NCBI RefSeq assembly: GCF_020745735.1
Contig: NC_083409.1
Span: forward strand, 22,650,048 to 22,714,047
Length of the DNA: 64,000 bases
Direction of reading: 5' to 3'
DNA from: Hemiscyllium ocellatum
Taxonomy: Eukaryota
Shown: one piece after another, positions 12,401 to 24,299 of the stretch
Numbering within the stretch: position 1 is the first letter of the stretch
Layout of the letters: every line of letters starts with the position of its first letter
Program-made: the position numbers and the translations under genes
The notes under the pieces: model-generated
Databases searched by the model: none
What the model saw: the letters and a program-made list of their open reading frames with translations, nothing else
Told to the model about the DNA's origin: nothing

Positions 12401-13800
12401 TGTTTCTGAAAACAGGAGAGACGAGGTAACCAAAGCACAGCCTCAGAATGAAGGGCCGACCCTTTCGAGATGAGATGAGGAGGAATTTCTTCAGCCAGAG
12501 GGTGGTGAATCTGTGGAACTCATTGTTACAGAGGACAGGGAGGCCAAGTCACTGAGTGTATTTAAGACAGAGATAGATAGGTTCATGGTTGTTAAGGGGA
12601 TGGAAAGTTCCTGTGGAGTAGGCAGGAGAATGGGGGTGAGAAGCATATCTGCCAAGATCAAATGTTTTCTGGAGAGTTTCTCCAAAACCCTGGAACACTG
12701 AACCCACTGAACACTGGACTCTGAGCCCTGATGTAGCTGTTTGTCATCACAACTTTGCAAAGAGATAATCCAAGAGTGGAGAGAGTGTGCATCCATGTGA
12801 GAACTTCAGAATGTTTCCCAGCTCCTGGAATACCATGAGTACAGGAAGTGTGGTCAGTGACAGCAGTTGGAGCTCCGGGTTTCGGAGGTGGACCAGCAGC
12901 TGGTGTCAGTGTGGAGCGTCCGTGAGGCTGAGAGCTCCATGGAGAAACGTTTCTAGATGTGGTCACTCCGCAGCTTCAGAGTATGCAGGGAGAGAGGGAA
13001 TGGGGGAGCAGCAGACAGTCCAAAAGGGCCAGGCAGCTAGTACAGGAATCCCCAGACATCCTACTCTCCAACCAGGATTCAGTTCAGAATCCTGATGAGA
13101 ATGATGGTTCATCTGGGGAGTGTAGCCAGGGCGAAGTCCCTGGCACCACGGTGGGGGGGGGGGGGCAGCTGTACAGGGGGGCACAAAGAAGACTGGAAGA
13201 GTGATAGTGAGAGGAGATTGGAGAGTGAGGGCAGTCGATAGATGTTTCTGCAGCTGCAGATGGGAATCCAGGATGGTGTGTTGTCTCCCTGGTGCCAGCG
13301 TCAAGGATATCACTGAGCGACTGCAGACCACCCTGAGGGGAGAGGGGGAACAGGCAGCAGTCGTGGTCCACATCAGTCCCAGTGACAGAGGGAGGAAAGG
13401 GATGTGGTCCTGCAGTCAGAGGTTTTGGAGTTTCCTACTTTTAAGTAATCTGGAGCTTCCTACTTTTGAGTTCCTCCTGCTAATTAGTAGCAGGAACTCA
13501 AAAGTAGGAATCTCCAGATTACTCCCAGTGCCCCACGCAAGTGAAGAAGGGCTCAGGCCCGAAACATCGACTCTCCTGCTCCTTGGATGCTATCTGACCT
13601 GCTGCGCTTTTCCAGCAACACATTTGCAGCACCCCACACAAGTGAGAATAGAATCAGGAGGTGAACACAGGTGATTGCTGGGCTGGAAAGAGGATCCATG
13701 AGGGAGGGCTTTAGATTTTTGTGAGGTGGTTTACTACTGTTAGAGAGAGTTTAAACTAACTTGGCAGGGCTGTGGGAGCCAGGGGCGAATATCAGAGAGG
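9470..13800 (+). mobile_element. Cluster of decayed CR1-like LINE fragments (3' ends, ORF2 EN/RT pieces, ORF1 esterase piece)
   Basis: Motifs LVWPLLEYCVEFWPP, NDHNTIEF, SPRLDELH and MVCCLPGASVKDITERL; many stops and frameshifts. Confidence 0.85.
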
Positions 13801-14034
13801 AATAACAAGGACCACAGAATCCTCAGAGTAGTCAATAAGTCACCACACAGTGGGAAGGATGTGGAGGAATACAAATGCAAGGAATTTACAGAGACCTGCA
13901 AATATGATAGAGCCGTTATAAATGGGGGAGGGGGGTCTTTAATTTCTGAATATAGTGACCAGAGTGGCAAGAGTGTGTTTTGGTGAATTTTCAGGTGGCA
14001 TTGGTGGATTCGTGGTGGCTCAGGGGTGGGGGTC

Positions 14035-14672
14035 AGCACGGTGGCTCAGTGGTTAGCACTGCAGCCTTATAGTACCAGGGCCCCAGGTTCGATTCCAGCC
14101 TTGGGTGACTGTCTGTGTGGATTTGCGCATTCTCCCTGTGTCTGCGTGTTTCTCCTCCGGGTGCTCTGGTTTCCTTCCACAGTCCAAAGATGTGCAGGTC
14201 AGGTGAATTGGCCATGCTAAATTGTCCATAATGTTTGATGCTGAAAATGTGTTGCTGGTTAAAGCACAGCAGGTCAGGCAGCATCCAAGGAACAGGAATT
14301 CGAAGTTTCGGGCCAGAGCCCTTCATCAGGAATGAGGAGAGGGTGCCAGGCAGGCTAAGATAAAAGGTAGGGAGGAGGGACTTGGGGAGGGGCGATGGAG
14401 ATGTGATAGGTGGAAGGAGGTCAAGGTGAGGGTGATAGGCCAGAGTGGGGTGGGGGAGAGAGGTCAGGAAGAAGATTGCAGGTTAGGAGGGCGGTGCTGA
14501 GTTCAAGGGAATCGACTGAGATTTCCCTCTCAGTAATGCATCAAACATAGTGTTTGATGCATTACTGAGAGGGAAATGGGTCTGGGTGGGTTACTCTTCG
14601 GAGGATCGGTGTGGACTTGTTGGGCTGAAGGGCCTGTTTCCACACTGTGGAGAATCTAATCTAATCATTGGC
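14035..14672 (+). mobile_element. HE1-like (V-SINE) element interrupted by a Penelope-derived insertion (about 14230-14520)
   Basis: GCACGGTGGCTCAGTGGTTAGCACTGC...GGTTCGATTCC A/B boxes and V-domain GTCTGTGTGGA.TTTGC; inner piece has AAAGCACAGCAGGTCAGGCAGCATCC and a hammerhead core; absent from arm B. Confidence 0.8.
14298..14333 (-). ncRNA. Minimal type-I hammerhead motif (Penelope-type), stem III altered
   Basis: ATTC-CTGATGA-A-GGGC-TCTG-GCCC-GAA-ACTT-C-GAAT; stems I and II pair, ACTT replaces palindromic ACGT. Confidence 0.65.
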
Positions 14673-14679
14673 AGTGAAG

Positions 14680-16460
14680 AAGGCTGTCTAAGAATACAAT
14701 GGAATCTTGACCAACTGGGCCAGTGGGCTGAGGAATGGCAGATGGAGTTTAATTCAGATAAATGTGAGTGCTATATTTTGGTAAGACACAAGAGATGGGT
14801 GAGATCCTGAACAAATATTTTAGGTCAGTATATATTGTGGGGAAAGCTAAGGAATTTGGAAAAACAGTGATGTCTTGAAAAGAGAACACATATAAATGAG
14901 GAGACGCTAAAGATCTTAAAACACAGATAAACCCTAGGACCTGATCAGGTGTATCCCAGAACATTGTGGCAACTGGGGAAGAGATTTTTGGGACCCTTGC
15001 TGAGATATATGTATCATCGGCAACCATGGATAAGGTGCTGGAGAAACAGAGAGGTTGGCTAAGATTATGCCATTATTTCAGAAAAGCTGTAAGGAAAAGC
15101 AAGGGAACGATAGACCAGTGAGCCTGATGTCAGTGCTGGGTAAGATGTTGGAGTGGATTCTGTGGGACAGGATTTACATCGTTTGGATAATCAGTGTGGT
15201 TTTGTGCATGGGAACTCACGTCTCCTGAATTTGATTCAGGAGGTGACAAAAAGGATTGATGAAGACAGAACAGTAGACATTGTCAATATGGACTTCAGAG
15301 TAAAGCGTTTGACAAGGTTCCACATGATAGACTGGTTAGTTAGGCTAGACCACATGGGATCCAGGGGGAGTGAGTCATTGGAGTCAAAAAATTGGCTTGA
15401 AGATAGGAGACAGAGAGTGGTGGTAAAAGGTTGCTTTTCAGACTGGAGATCTGTGAATAGTTGTGTGCCGCAAGGATTGGTACTGAGTCCACAAATGCTT
15501 TTCATCATTTAAAGAAATGATTTGGATGGGAATATAGGAGTTATGGTAAGTTTGTAAATGACACCAAAATTGGTGGGACAGTGGATAGTGAAGAAGATTA
15601 TCTCAGGGTACAGCAGGACCTTGATCAGATGGGGCAATGGGCAGAAGAGTGGCAAATGGAATTCAGTTTAGATAAATGTGAGATGTTGCATTTTGGAAAG
15701 GCAAACCAGGGCAGGAGTTATACAGTTAATGGGAGGGCCCTGTGGAGTGTTGCTGAATAACAGACCTAGGGGTGAAGATGCAGGTACATTATTCCTTGAA
15801 AGTGGGTCACAGGTAGACAGGGTGATGAAGAAGGTGTTTGGTTTGCTTGCTTTTGTTCATCACTGCATTGAGTCCAGGAGTTGGACCATCATGTTGCAGC
15901 AGTACAGGAGATTGGTGAGGCCACTTTGGGAATGATGTGAACAATCCTATCATCCTGAGATAGGAAGGATGTTGTTAAACTTAAAAAGCTGCAGAAAAGA
16001 CTTACAAGGATGTGGCCAGGATTTGGAGGGTTCGAGCGACAGGGAAAGGCTGAAGAAACTGGGGCTATATTCCCTGCAGCATCTAAGGCCTCGGGGTGAC
16101 GTTATAGATGTTTATAAAACCATGACGGGCATGGACTGGGTGTATATTCAAGGTCTTTTCCGTGGGAAAGGGATTCCAAAACAAGAGGACATAATTTTAC
16201 GGTGAGAGGCAAAAGATTCAAAAGGGACCTGAGGGGTAACCTGTCACGCAGAGGGTGGTGTGTGTCTGGATTGAGCTGCCAGAGAAAGTGTTGGAGGCAG
16301 ATACAGTTACAGCATTTAAAACACATTGGTATGGGTACATGGATAGGTTGGGTTTTGAGAGGTGTCAGCCAAATGCTGGCAAATGGGATGAGGTCAGTTT
16401 AGGATATTTGGTTAGCATGGACAAGTTGGACTGAAAGGTCTGTTTCCACGCTGTATGACT
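14680..16460 (+). mobile_element. CR1-like LINE RT-to-3' end, decayed (ortholog about 54230-56300)
   Basis: QCGFVHGNSRLLNLI, VDIVNMDF and SVNSCVPQGLVLSP motifs with the typical CR1 tail. Confidence 0.88.
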
Positions 16461-17530
16461 CCATGACTATGAGCGGCTGGAAAAGCTGAGACTTCTTACC
16501 CTGAAGCGGAAGGTTCTGAGGAGTGACCTTGTAGAGGTTTGGAAAATCATGAGGGACATAGATAATGTGAAGAATTCTGGAAGGAGGCGAATGTTTTGTA
16601 GCGATTGCAAAAATTGTTCCCAAAGATAATTCCAGGGATGAGGAACATCAGTTATGAAGTTTGATTGGAGAATTTGGGACTGTCTTCTTTGGAGAAGGCT
16701 GAGAGGAGATTTGTTCAAGGAATTCAAAATCAGGAAGGGCCTGGACAGAGTAAATAGGGAGAAAATGTTCCCAATTAAGAAAGGATTCAGACCAAGAGAC
16801 CACAGATTGAAAGTAATTGGGAAAAGGAACAAAATTGAGATGGGGAGCAACATTTTCAGCCAATGAGTGTTAAGGTATGGAATGCACTGCCTGAGAGTGT
16901 GGTGGAGGCAGCTTCAATTAAAACATTCCGAAGGGATGAGGCTGTTATTTGAAAAGGAACAATGTGCAGAGTGACAGGGAGAAGGCAGGAGAATGACACT
17001 CAGTGAATTGCTCATTCAGAGAGCCAGTCCAGACAGGATGGGTGGAATGGCCACCTTGTGCACTGTAACAATTCTGTGATTGTGTGATTGAGCAGAGTTA
17101 AAGCTGGGGGAGGTGGGAGCTCGGTGTCTCACTGTGCTGCTGCTGCTGCTGCTGCTGAGGTCAGTGAGATCAGAGACTGGGACAGGGAGCCAGAGCTCAC
17201 ATCAAACTCTGCCTGTGTCTGTCACACTGAGACTGGCAGGAGGCTGCTCACTGATTTCACTCCATGCTGCAGGAATGGGACCACAGGCTGAAAATGGACA
17301 GAGCTCCTCCACACAGTGAGTAAAACTTACTGACTTCTGTCTTGCTGCTTAAGCGGGGCAATGGAACGAAAGAAATACAGCAGGACACCCTGTTCGACAC
17401 AGTGCTCCTCAATCAACCATTTCATTCACTGCAGCTCCCCACTAACACCTTCAACAATTCAGCATTTGTGTTTTAGAAAGTGTGTTTCAGTATTGACAGG
17501 TTTAATAATAGACAATTGAGGTTTACTTGC

Positions 17531-17565
17531 TCAGTCTGAGTTTGGTTCCTTTACCAAACGTGTAC
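17531..17565 (-). other. IGKJ: Ig kappa-type J segment of cluster A (YTFGKGTKLRL) with non-canonical GC donor
   Basis: FGxG motif; donor reads GCAAGT, whereas the cluster B copy has GTAAGT. Confidence 0.95.
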
Positions 17566-17604
17566 CACAGTGAGAGCTCCCAGTGCAGAGGCTGTATAAA
17601 AACC
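17566..17604 (+). promoter_or_regulatory. 23-spacer RSS of J-A, with nonamer variant
   Basis: CACAGTG (17566-17572) + 23 nt + ATAAAAACC (17596-17604; consensus ACAAAAACC). Confidence 0.95.
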
Positions 17605-18048
17605 TCTGCTCTCTGCTTCCCCCTGTCACTCTCAACCTCTCCCTGTCTCTCTCTGTCTCTGTCTATTCTTGGTCAATCTCATTCACTCCCTACCCCTCTC
17701 TGTCTCTCCCTCATTCATGTGTCTTTCTCTCTCTGTCTTCCGGGGTTGTGTCCAGCTACTCTCGGGGGTTTGTGAAATTGAGTTTTCATTGTTAAATTTT
17801 GCAGCTGTTCTTCACATGTGGCCATGGAGTGTAAGAGGGAAACTTGAGGCCTTCAGTGAGCGGTGGACACCACAGGGACTGGAGTGTGTAGTGGACAGTG
17901 ACAAACCCAGCATGGGGTAATTTGTTCAATTTACTTTATATATAACTATGGATGTGTCAGTGCAGGAGATGGGACTGTTTGTCCATTATTATACATTTCA
18001 TATAACTGTTGGATGTGTCAGTACAGAAGGTGGTGTTGTGCGTGTTGA

Positions 18049-18076
18049 GGTTTTTGTATGGCACTGTATCACTGTA
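18049..18076 (-). promoter_or_regulatory. 12-spacer RSS of V-A, heptamer damaged
   Basis: Minus strand TACAGTG + 12 nt + ACAAAAACC; the invariant first C of the heptamer is T. Confidence 0.92.
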
Positions 18077-18372
18077 AAGTCTGCTGCTATACTGCTGACA
18101 ATAATATTCAGCGACATCTTCATTCTGAACGTTGCTGATTGTCAGGGTGAAACTGGTCCCTGATCCACTGCCGGTGAATCGATCGGAGACTCCTGTGAAT
18201 CGATTTGTTCCATCATAGATAAGGAGAGAGGGTTTCTGAACTTCTCACTGCTGGTACCAAGCAAGGTAGCTGCTAATGCTTTGACTGGTCATCCAGGTGG
18301 TGGTTGCAGTCTGGCCCAGTCCCATTAACAGCACCCGGGGAGACTCGGACATGATGATGTCCCCACTGATAA
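18077..18372 (-). pseudogene. IGKV: Ig kappa-type V exon of cluster A, pseudogene
   Basis: [94 protein letters not shown]. In-frame TGA in FR2 (CGA in V-B) and conserved first Cys changed to Trp; acceptor CCCCTCAG. Confidence 0.95.
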
Positions 18373-18558
18373 CTGAGGGGTCAGAGAGAAACACAGTGAA
18401 GTCAGAACTGTCACAGAAAGAGCCTGTCAAATGAGAGATTGTTGGAGACACAGAGCATTCTTCTGGTTTCAGCATTTTCCCTTCAATCACAAGTCAGTGG
18501 AATTGGAGTGAAATGGGGAGCAGCTAAAGATTCAAGGTGGAAGGAGAGAGATTTGTAC

Positions 18559-18607
18559 CTGCAACACAGAATGCCAGGGGCCAAATTAACTGGCTGTGTG
18601 AAATCAT
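18559..18607 (-). pseudogene. IGKV: Leader exon of V-A (MISHSQLIWPLAFCVA)
   Basis: ATG, 49 nt, phase-1 donor G|GTACAA; paralogous to 52037-52085. Confidence 0.9.
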
Positions 18608-18667
18608 GATGTGTGCTCCTGTCCCTGTGCCTGATTCCTGATAAACTCTCCCTTCACTGGGCTCTGC

Positions 18668-18721
18668 TTTATAAAGCTGCAGCCTGTGAGAGTCTGACTG
18701 GATGTTCCTCAGTATGTAAAT
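18668..18721 (-). promoter_or_regulatory. V-A promoter: TATA (TTTATAAA 18668-18675) and octamer-like ATTTACAT (18714-18721)
   Basis: Position and order match Ig light-chain promoters; octamer is 7/8 to ATTTGCAT. Confidence 0.7.
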
Positions 18722-20639
18722 GGCATCAGGCAGAGAGAGCCACGTCAGCCCCTCACATTTCCTCTTCTCTCTCTCCCTCTCTCGCTCTCTCTCTCTCTGA
18801 GAATCATTGATGTGAACAACATTGAATGAGGCCATTTGGCCCATTGTGTCCGTGTGAGTAAACAAAGATCTAATGACACTAATCCCATTCTCCAGCTCTT
18901 GGCCCATCACCCTGGAGGCTACAGCAACACAAGGGAATATCTAAACACTGCTCCAATGTCACGAGAGTTTGTGACTCAACCAGCCTTTCAGGCAGTGAGT
19001 TCCAGACTCCCACCACCCTCTGGGTGAAAACATTTCTCCTCAATTCTCCTCTCACTCCAATTTGACTGGGCCTGGACTCACTCAAGTTTAGAAGGATGAG
19101 AGGGAATCTGATTGAGATGTATAAAATTCTAACAGGGCTGGGCAGAGAGGAGGTTTCCCCTGGTTGGGAAGTCTGGATTCAGGGGACCCAGTCTCAGGGG
19201 GATACAGGGTAGACCATTTTGGACTGAGATGAGGAAACATTTCTTCACTCAAAGGGTAGGACAACTGTGGAACCCAAGGAACTGAATAAATTCAAGAAAA
19301 AGAGAGAGATAATTGTTTTGCATTTTAACAGCATGAAGGGAATGGGGAGAAAGCAGGAATATGGTTTTGAGAGAGAGGATCAGCCATGATCATAATGAAT
19401 GACAGAGCAGACTCAAAGGGCCAAAAGGCCTACTCCAGTTCCGAGCTTCTATGTGTCCATGTCTGTGTTACCTGGGACACAGGTTATTGAGTCCTTTACT
19501 GATATATAAAGTGCCTTCTTACCCACGCTATCACTGCCCCAAATAATCTTATCCCCCTCTATCATGTCCCCTCTCAGCCTTCACTGCTCCAAGGAAACAA
19601 TCCCAACCTTTCCAAGATTTCCCCACAGCTGACCCTCCATCCCAGGCAGCATCTTGGTAAATCTCTGCACCCTCTCAAGTACAATCACATCCTTCTCAGA
19701 ATGTGGTGACCAGGACCTATCCACCTCTCTCTCTCTCTGTCTCACATCTGCCACTTCTTTCTCTCTATCCCTCTCTCTCCTACCATTAATCTCTTTCATG
19801 TTCTCGCTCTCTCTCACTCTATCTCATAGCCACTCTCCCCAATTCACTCATGCTTTCTCACTCCATCTCATAATCTTTATTTTTACATCTCTCACTGTCT
19901 CCATAACTCCTTCCCTCTCTCGCTTCAATTTATATCCTCTGTTATCTCTCCTCTCCATACCTCCCTCTGTCTCTCTCCCTCCCTCTCTGTATTCCCAAAT
20001 CTACAATCGTACTCCCTCCCTCTCTGTCATTCTGTTTTTAATCATACTCATGTCTCTCACTTTCTCTCTCTCTCTCTCTCTGGCGCGCATACACACACAC
20101 ACACACACACACACGTACAGACACTCACCCGTTGTCTCTGACTCACTTCTCTCTCTTTCTCACAGTGTCCCAGGTTGTGGCAGTTGAATTCAGGATGGAT
20201 CTCCCTCTCTCTGCCCCACTCATGGATGTTAACCCTTGACCCCAGAAGCATGTTTTCTCCTGGAGTAAGGCCCCATTTTCCACATTGACCTGGATTTGGC
20301 CTCTCTCAGAAAGATGGCTAGATTCTTGTCAAATGAAGGGCAGTTCTGTGCTGTTGGCCTGTTCTCACTGGGGACTGGTTTGGACACAAAGCTCATTCCA
20401 TGAAGGCCCAGCAGAGAGAGGAGATCCTCAGGCCATCAGTGTGAGCTGGAGGGAAAGCACAAGATCTGACCCCCTGATCCAGCATGTCCATTCACAACAT
20501 TTTCCAATCCCTTCCCCTCTCCTACCCCTCTCCTTCCCTTTCCATGATCAGTCTCTGAGTCAGGGTGTTTTACTGGGATACGGGTTGAACCATTATACAG
20601 TTACAACAGAAAGGAACTGAACCCCACACTCACCTTGGA

Positions 20640-20930
20640 GTCCATGATGCACTGGACTCTCCTACAGAGTCCAGTAAACATGACCTCCTTCCTGCAGGAG
20701 CCTCCACTAGAGACCAGTAAACATTGGTCTCCTTCTGACTGGACTCTCCAAAGGAGACCAGTAAACATGTATCTCTTTCGGACTGGATCGTCTAGTAAAG
20801 AACAGTAAACATGGACCTCCTTCCTGCTGGAACCTCCAACACAGACCAGTAACCATGGATCTCCTTCTGACTGGATCCTCCAAGACAGATCAGTAAATAT
20901 GGGCCTCCTAATTACTGGAACTTCCAATAG
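20640..20930. repeat. 44-bp minisatellite (about 6 units), continued at 22195-22315
   Basis: CCAGTAAACATGG.CCTCCTTC...CTGGA.CCTCCAA.AGA recurs at 20671, 20714, 20758, 20802, 20846 and 20890. Confidence 0.88.
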
Positions 20931-20939
20931 AGATGAGTC

Positions 20940-22185
20940 GATGGTTGAGTTTTTGAAGAAGGAAGCAAGAAGATAGGTAAAGATAGAGTAGTACACTCTG
21001 TCTACATGGAGTTAATACAAGGTTCCCTATGGTAGACTGCTCAGTAAGATTATATCACATAGGATCCAGGGACAGCTCACCAATTGGATATGAAATTGTC
21101 CTGATGATAGGAGGCTGAGGCTGGTGAGAGAAGGTTGTTCTTCAGACTGGAGGCCAGTGACCAACTGTCTGTCACAAGAATCGATCATGGATCCACTGTT
21201 GTTCATATTTTATGTGAACAATTTGGATGAGAAAATAGCAGGAATGGTCAGTAAGTTTGTGGCTGATGTTAAAATTGTTGGCATAGTGGACAGGGAAGAA
21301 GGTTATCCAAGAGTGCAATGTCATCTTGATCAACTGGGCCAGTGGATCAACAAATCCAGATGGAAATTTTGATAAATGGAAGGAGTTGCATTTTGGGAAG
21401 ACAAATCAGGGCAGAAATTACACAATTAATGGTAGAGCCATGGGGAGTGTTGTTGAACAGAGAGTCTGAGGGGTACAGGTACATAGTTCCTTGGAAGTGG
21501 GGTCACAGGTAGACAGGGTGGTGAAGAAGGTATTTGGCACGCCATCTTCACTGGTCAAAGCAGGGAGTATAGGAGCTGGGACATCATGTTACAGCTGTAC
21601 AAGGCATTGGGAAGGCCACATTTGGACACAGTACATTTCTGCTCACCCTGCTATAGGAAGGAAGTTATGACAGTGGTTTGAATAAAAGAAAGATTAACAG
21701 GGATGTTATCAAGATTGGAGGATTTGAATTACAAGATGAGGATGAATAGGCCAAGATGTTTTTCCAGGGAATGCAGGAGATTGAGGGGTGACCTTATAGA
21801 GGTTGTGGAATTAGGAGGGTCATAGATAAGGTGAATAGTCAAAGTCTCTTCCCCAGGGTAGGAGAGTCCAGTACTAGAAGGAGTAGGTTTACGTTGAGAG
21901 GGGAAAGAATTAGTAGGAAACTGAGGGGCAACATTTTCACACAGAGGTTAGTGTGTATGTGTAATGAGCTGACAGAAGAATTCGTAGAGGTGAGTACAAT
22001 TACTATATTTCAAGGACATTTTTACAGGAACATGGATAGGAAAGATTAGAGAGAATTGGGCCAAACACATGCAAATGGGACTAGTTCAGTTTTGGATACT
22101 TGGTCGGCATGGATGAGTTGAGCTGAACGGCCTGATCCCATGCTGTAAACCTCTATGACTCTTTGGTGATATATACATGGGACAC
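20940..22185 (+). mobile_element. 5'-truncated CR1-like LINE
   Basis: DWRPVTNCLSQES..PLLFIFYVNNLD...SKFVADVKIVG RT motifs followed by a CR1 3' tail. Confidence 0.88.
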
Positions 22186-24299
22186 TTTCCCATAGAACCA
22201 GTAAACATGGACCTCTTTCCACTGGAACCTCCAATAGACACCAATAAACAGGGACCTCCTTCCCATTGGATGCTCCAGAAGAGACTAGTAAACATGGTCC
22301 TCCTTCCCTCAGGACTGGCCAGCACCTGAGCTACAACTCCGACATCCTCTCCATCATGTAGGTCTCTTATTTCAATCTCAACAACATTGTCTCTGCGTTA
22401 CTTCGGCCCCTTGACCACAGAAACCCTAATTCCTGCTCGTCCTGCCTCCTAAATCTATGATTCCAATGTCCTGTCCCAGCTTCCTAAAGCCATATTCCAT
22501 AAACTCCAACTTGTCTGATATGGAGTGCGCCTTTCCCTGTCTTATCCATCTGTCATTCCAGAATGACCCCTGACCTCACTGCTAGCCAATTGCCTCCATG
22601 GCCTCCCCCCTCCCTCCATCTGTGTCCTGCTGCAGACTCACATTCCCTCCCTCCCCCTTTCATCTTCTGTCTCTGGTCTCCTGCCCATTGCTACTTGCTC
22701 CAACCCACCATTGACAGCAGAGCATTCAGACCCCTACAGCATGCTCTCTGACCTCCTGCCCTTGATCCCTCACCCTCTCAATGGTTGTGCTATTGAGTAT
22801 ACTGTTCAATCCCATCACTTTGGTTCACTGTTCCCTTGCCATTGATTTGCTGAATTCTTCCTCATCAGTAAATCTAGTCTGGCCTGTTCCTTGAGTTGGT
22901 TCAAGAGAGTTTCCCTTGAGAAAACATTCTTCTGTAAACTGGGTTGTCTGTTTCTCCCAGTCTTTGTGTAAAGGTGAGTCTAAGTGTGTGTAAGCTCTAA
23001 AACAGCACAGACAGAAGTCACTGGGCTGATTGTGACTGTTAGTCAAATGAGTCCAATGAGTTCCCATTTCCCCAGCCCTTCCTGTATAACTGCAATTATT
23101 TCCTTTTCAGCTATTTCTCCAAATGCCCTTTTGAAAGTTGCTGTTGAATCCACTTCCACTCACCTTGCAGACAGTCACCATGAACTCGCTGGATAAAAAA
23201 TGTTCCTATCTTCTCTCTTGTGCTTTAGACTCTTTCTGAAATGTGTGCCCTTGGGTTACTGACCCTCCTGCCTGGAGAAACAATTTGTCCTGTATTTACT
23301 GCATCCAAACTCTCTAATTGTGAATCCCTCATTGAGTGAGACCTATTTCCAGCACAGGGGGAGAACATTCAGCCTGTCAGGTAAATGCTGTCATTTCATG
23401 GAGCAATCCATTCAGTCCCACCCCCTCCCCTACTCGACCCCCAGGGCCTTGCAGGTTTATTTCCATCAAGAGCCCATCCAATCTGCCATTGCAATCACTG
23501 AGTGTCTTCACCTGTCTCACCTGAATGGGCACTAATTTCCAAGACTTTGCCAATTTCTGCTAAAATCAAAGTTCTTTCTGACATTCCATATCTCTTGCCC
23601 AACAGAATGTAAGATAATCTCAAAGGGAAGACAGGATTTTGTCTCCACACGGACTGTGCGGTGGTCACTCTTACTGATACTGTCATGGACAGATACACCA
23701 ACAGCAGGCAGGTTTGGTGAGGGTGATAGTGAGTATGTTTTTCCCTCTTGTTGGTTGCCTCACCACCTGTCCCAGGTCCAGTCGAGCATCTGAATCAGGT
23801 GGACTTGACCAGCTTGCTCAGTAGTGATGCTTCTGAGCAGCTCTTGATGGTGGGCTTTGAATTCCCTTACTCAGGGTATATCCGGCATCATTCCCTCCCT
23901 CAGTGCTCCCACCAAGTGTTGTTCAACATGGAGGAGGACTGACTGCTCAGTTGAGGTTGGAGCGGAGGGCGGTGCTATGTGGTAATCAGCAGGAGGTTTC
24001 CTTCCCCATGTTTGACCTGCTGTCATGAGGCTTCATGGGTTCCATAGTTAATGGTGAGGACTCCCAGGGCAACTCCTTTCTGACTGTACACACCACTGTG
24101 TTGCCTCCCCTGCTTGGTCTATCCTGCCAGTTATAAACTGAATGAGGGATCAATTCTGTGCAGGTTTCACAGCTTGGAGACAGAGCTGCTGCTGGATTCT
24201 GTTTCTGATCTCCGAGTGCAGGCGTGTGTGTTTGTGAGAGAGTGACTGACACCTTTTCCAAAACTGTGCTGTTTCTGCAAAAAATAAATCCTAGAACCA

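Larger units (their letters stand above)
9040..20545 (-). repeat. Left arm of an inverted segmental duplication (paralog about 49780-63500)
   Basis: Collinear reverse-complement matches across promoter, V, J and the J-C intron, including shared old LINE and SINE fragments. Confidence 0.92.

Noticed and set aside
17113-17319. Signal-peptide-like ORF MGARCLTVLLLLLLL (also 53309-53533)
   Set aside because: Starts at GTG, the Leu run is a CTG microsatellite, and the two copies shift frame relative to each other.
20161-20167. Isolated CACAGTG heptamers (also 17312-17318 and near 53511)
   Set aside because: No nonamer at 12 or 23 nt; the paralog of 20161 reads GACAGTG.
20671-20930. Regularly spaced repeats resembling a CRISPR array
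   Set aside because: Whole 44-bp units are homologous with no unique spacers, there are no cas genes, and the context is vertebrate.
23620-24130. Similarity to 48700-49050 as part of the inverted duplication
   Set aside because: Same orientation in both places, so these are independent copies of one LINE family.
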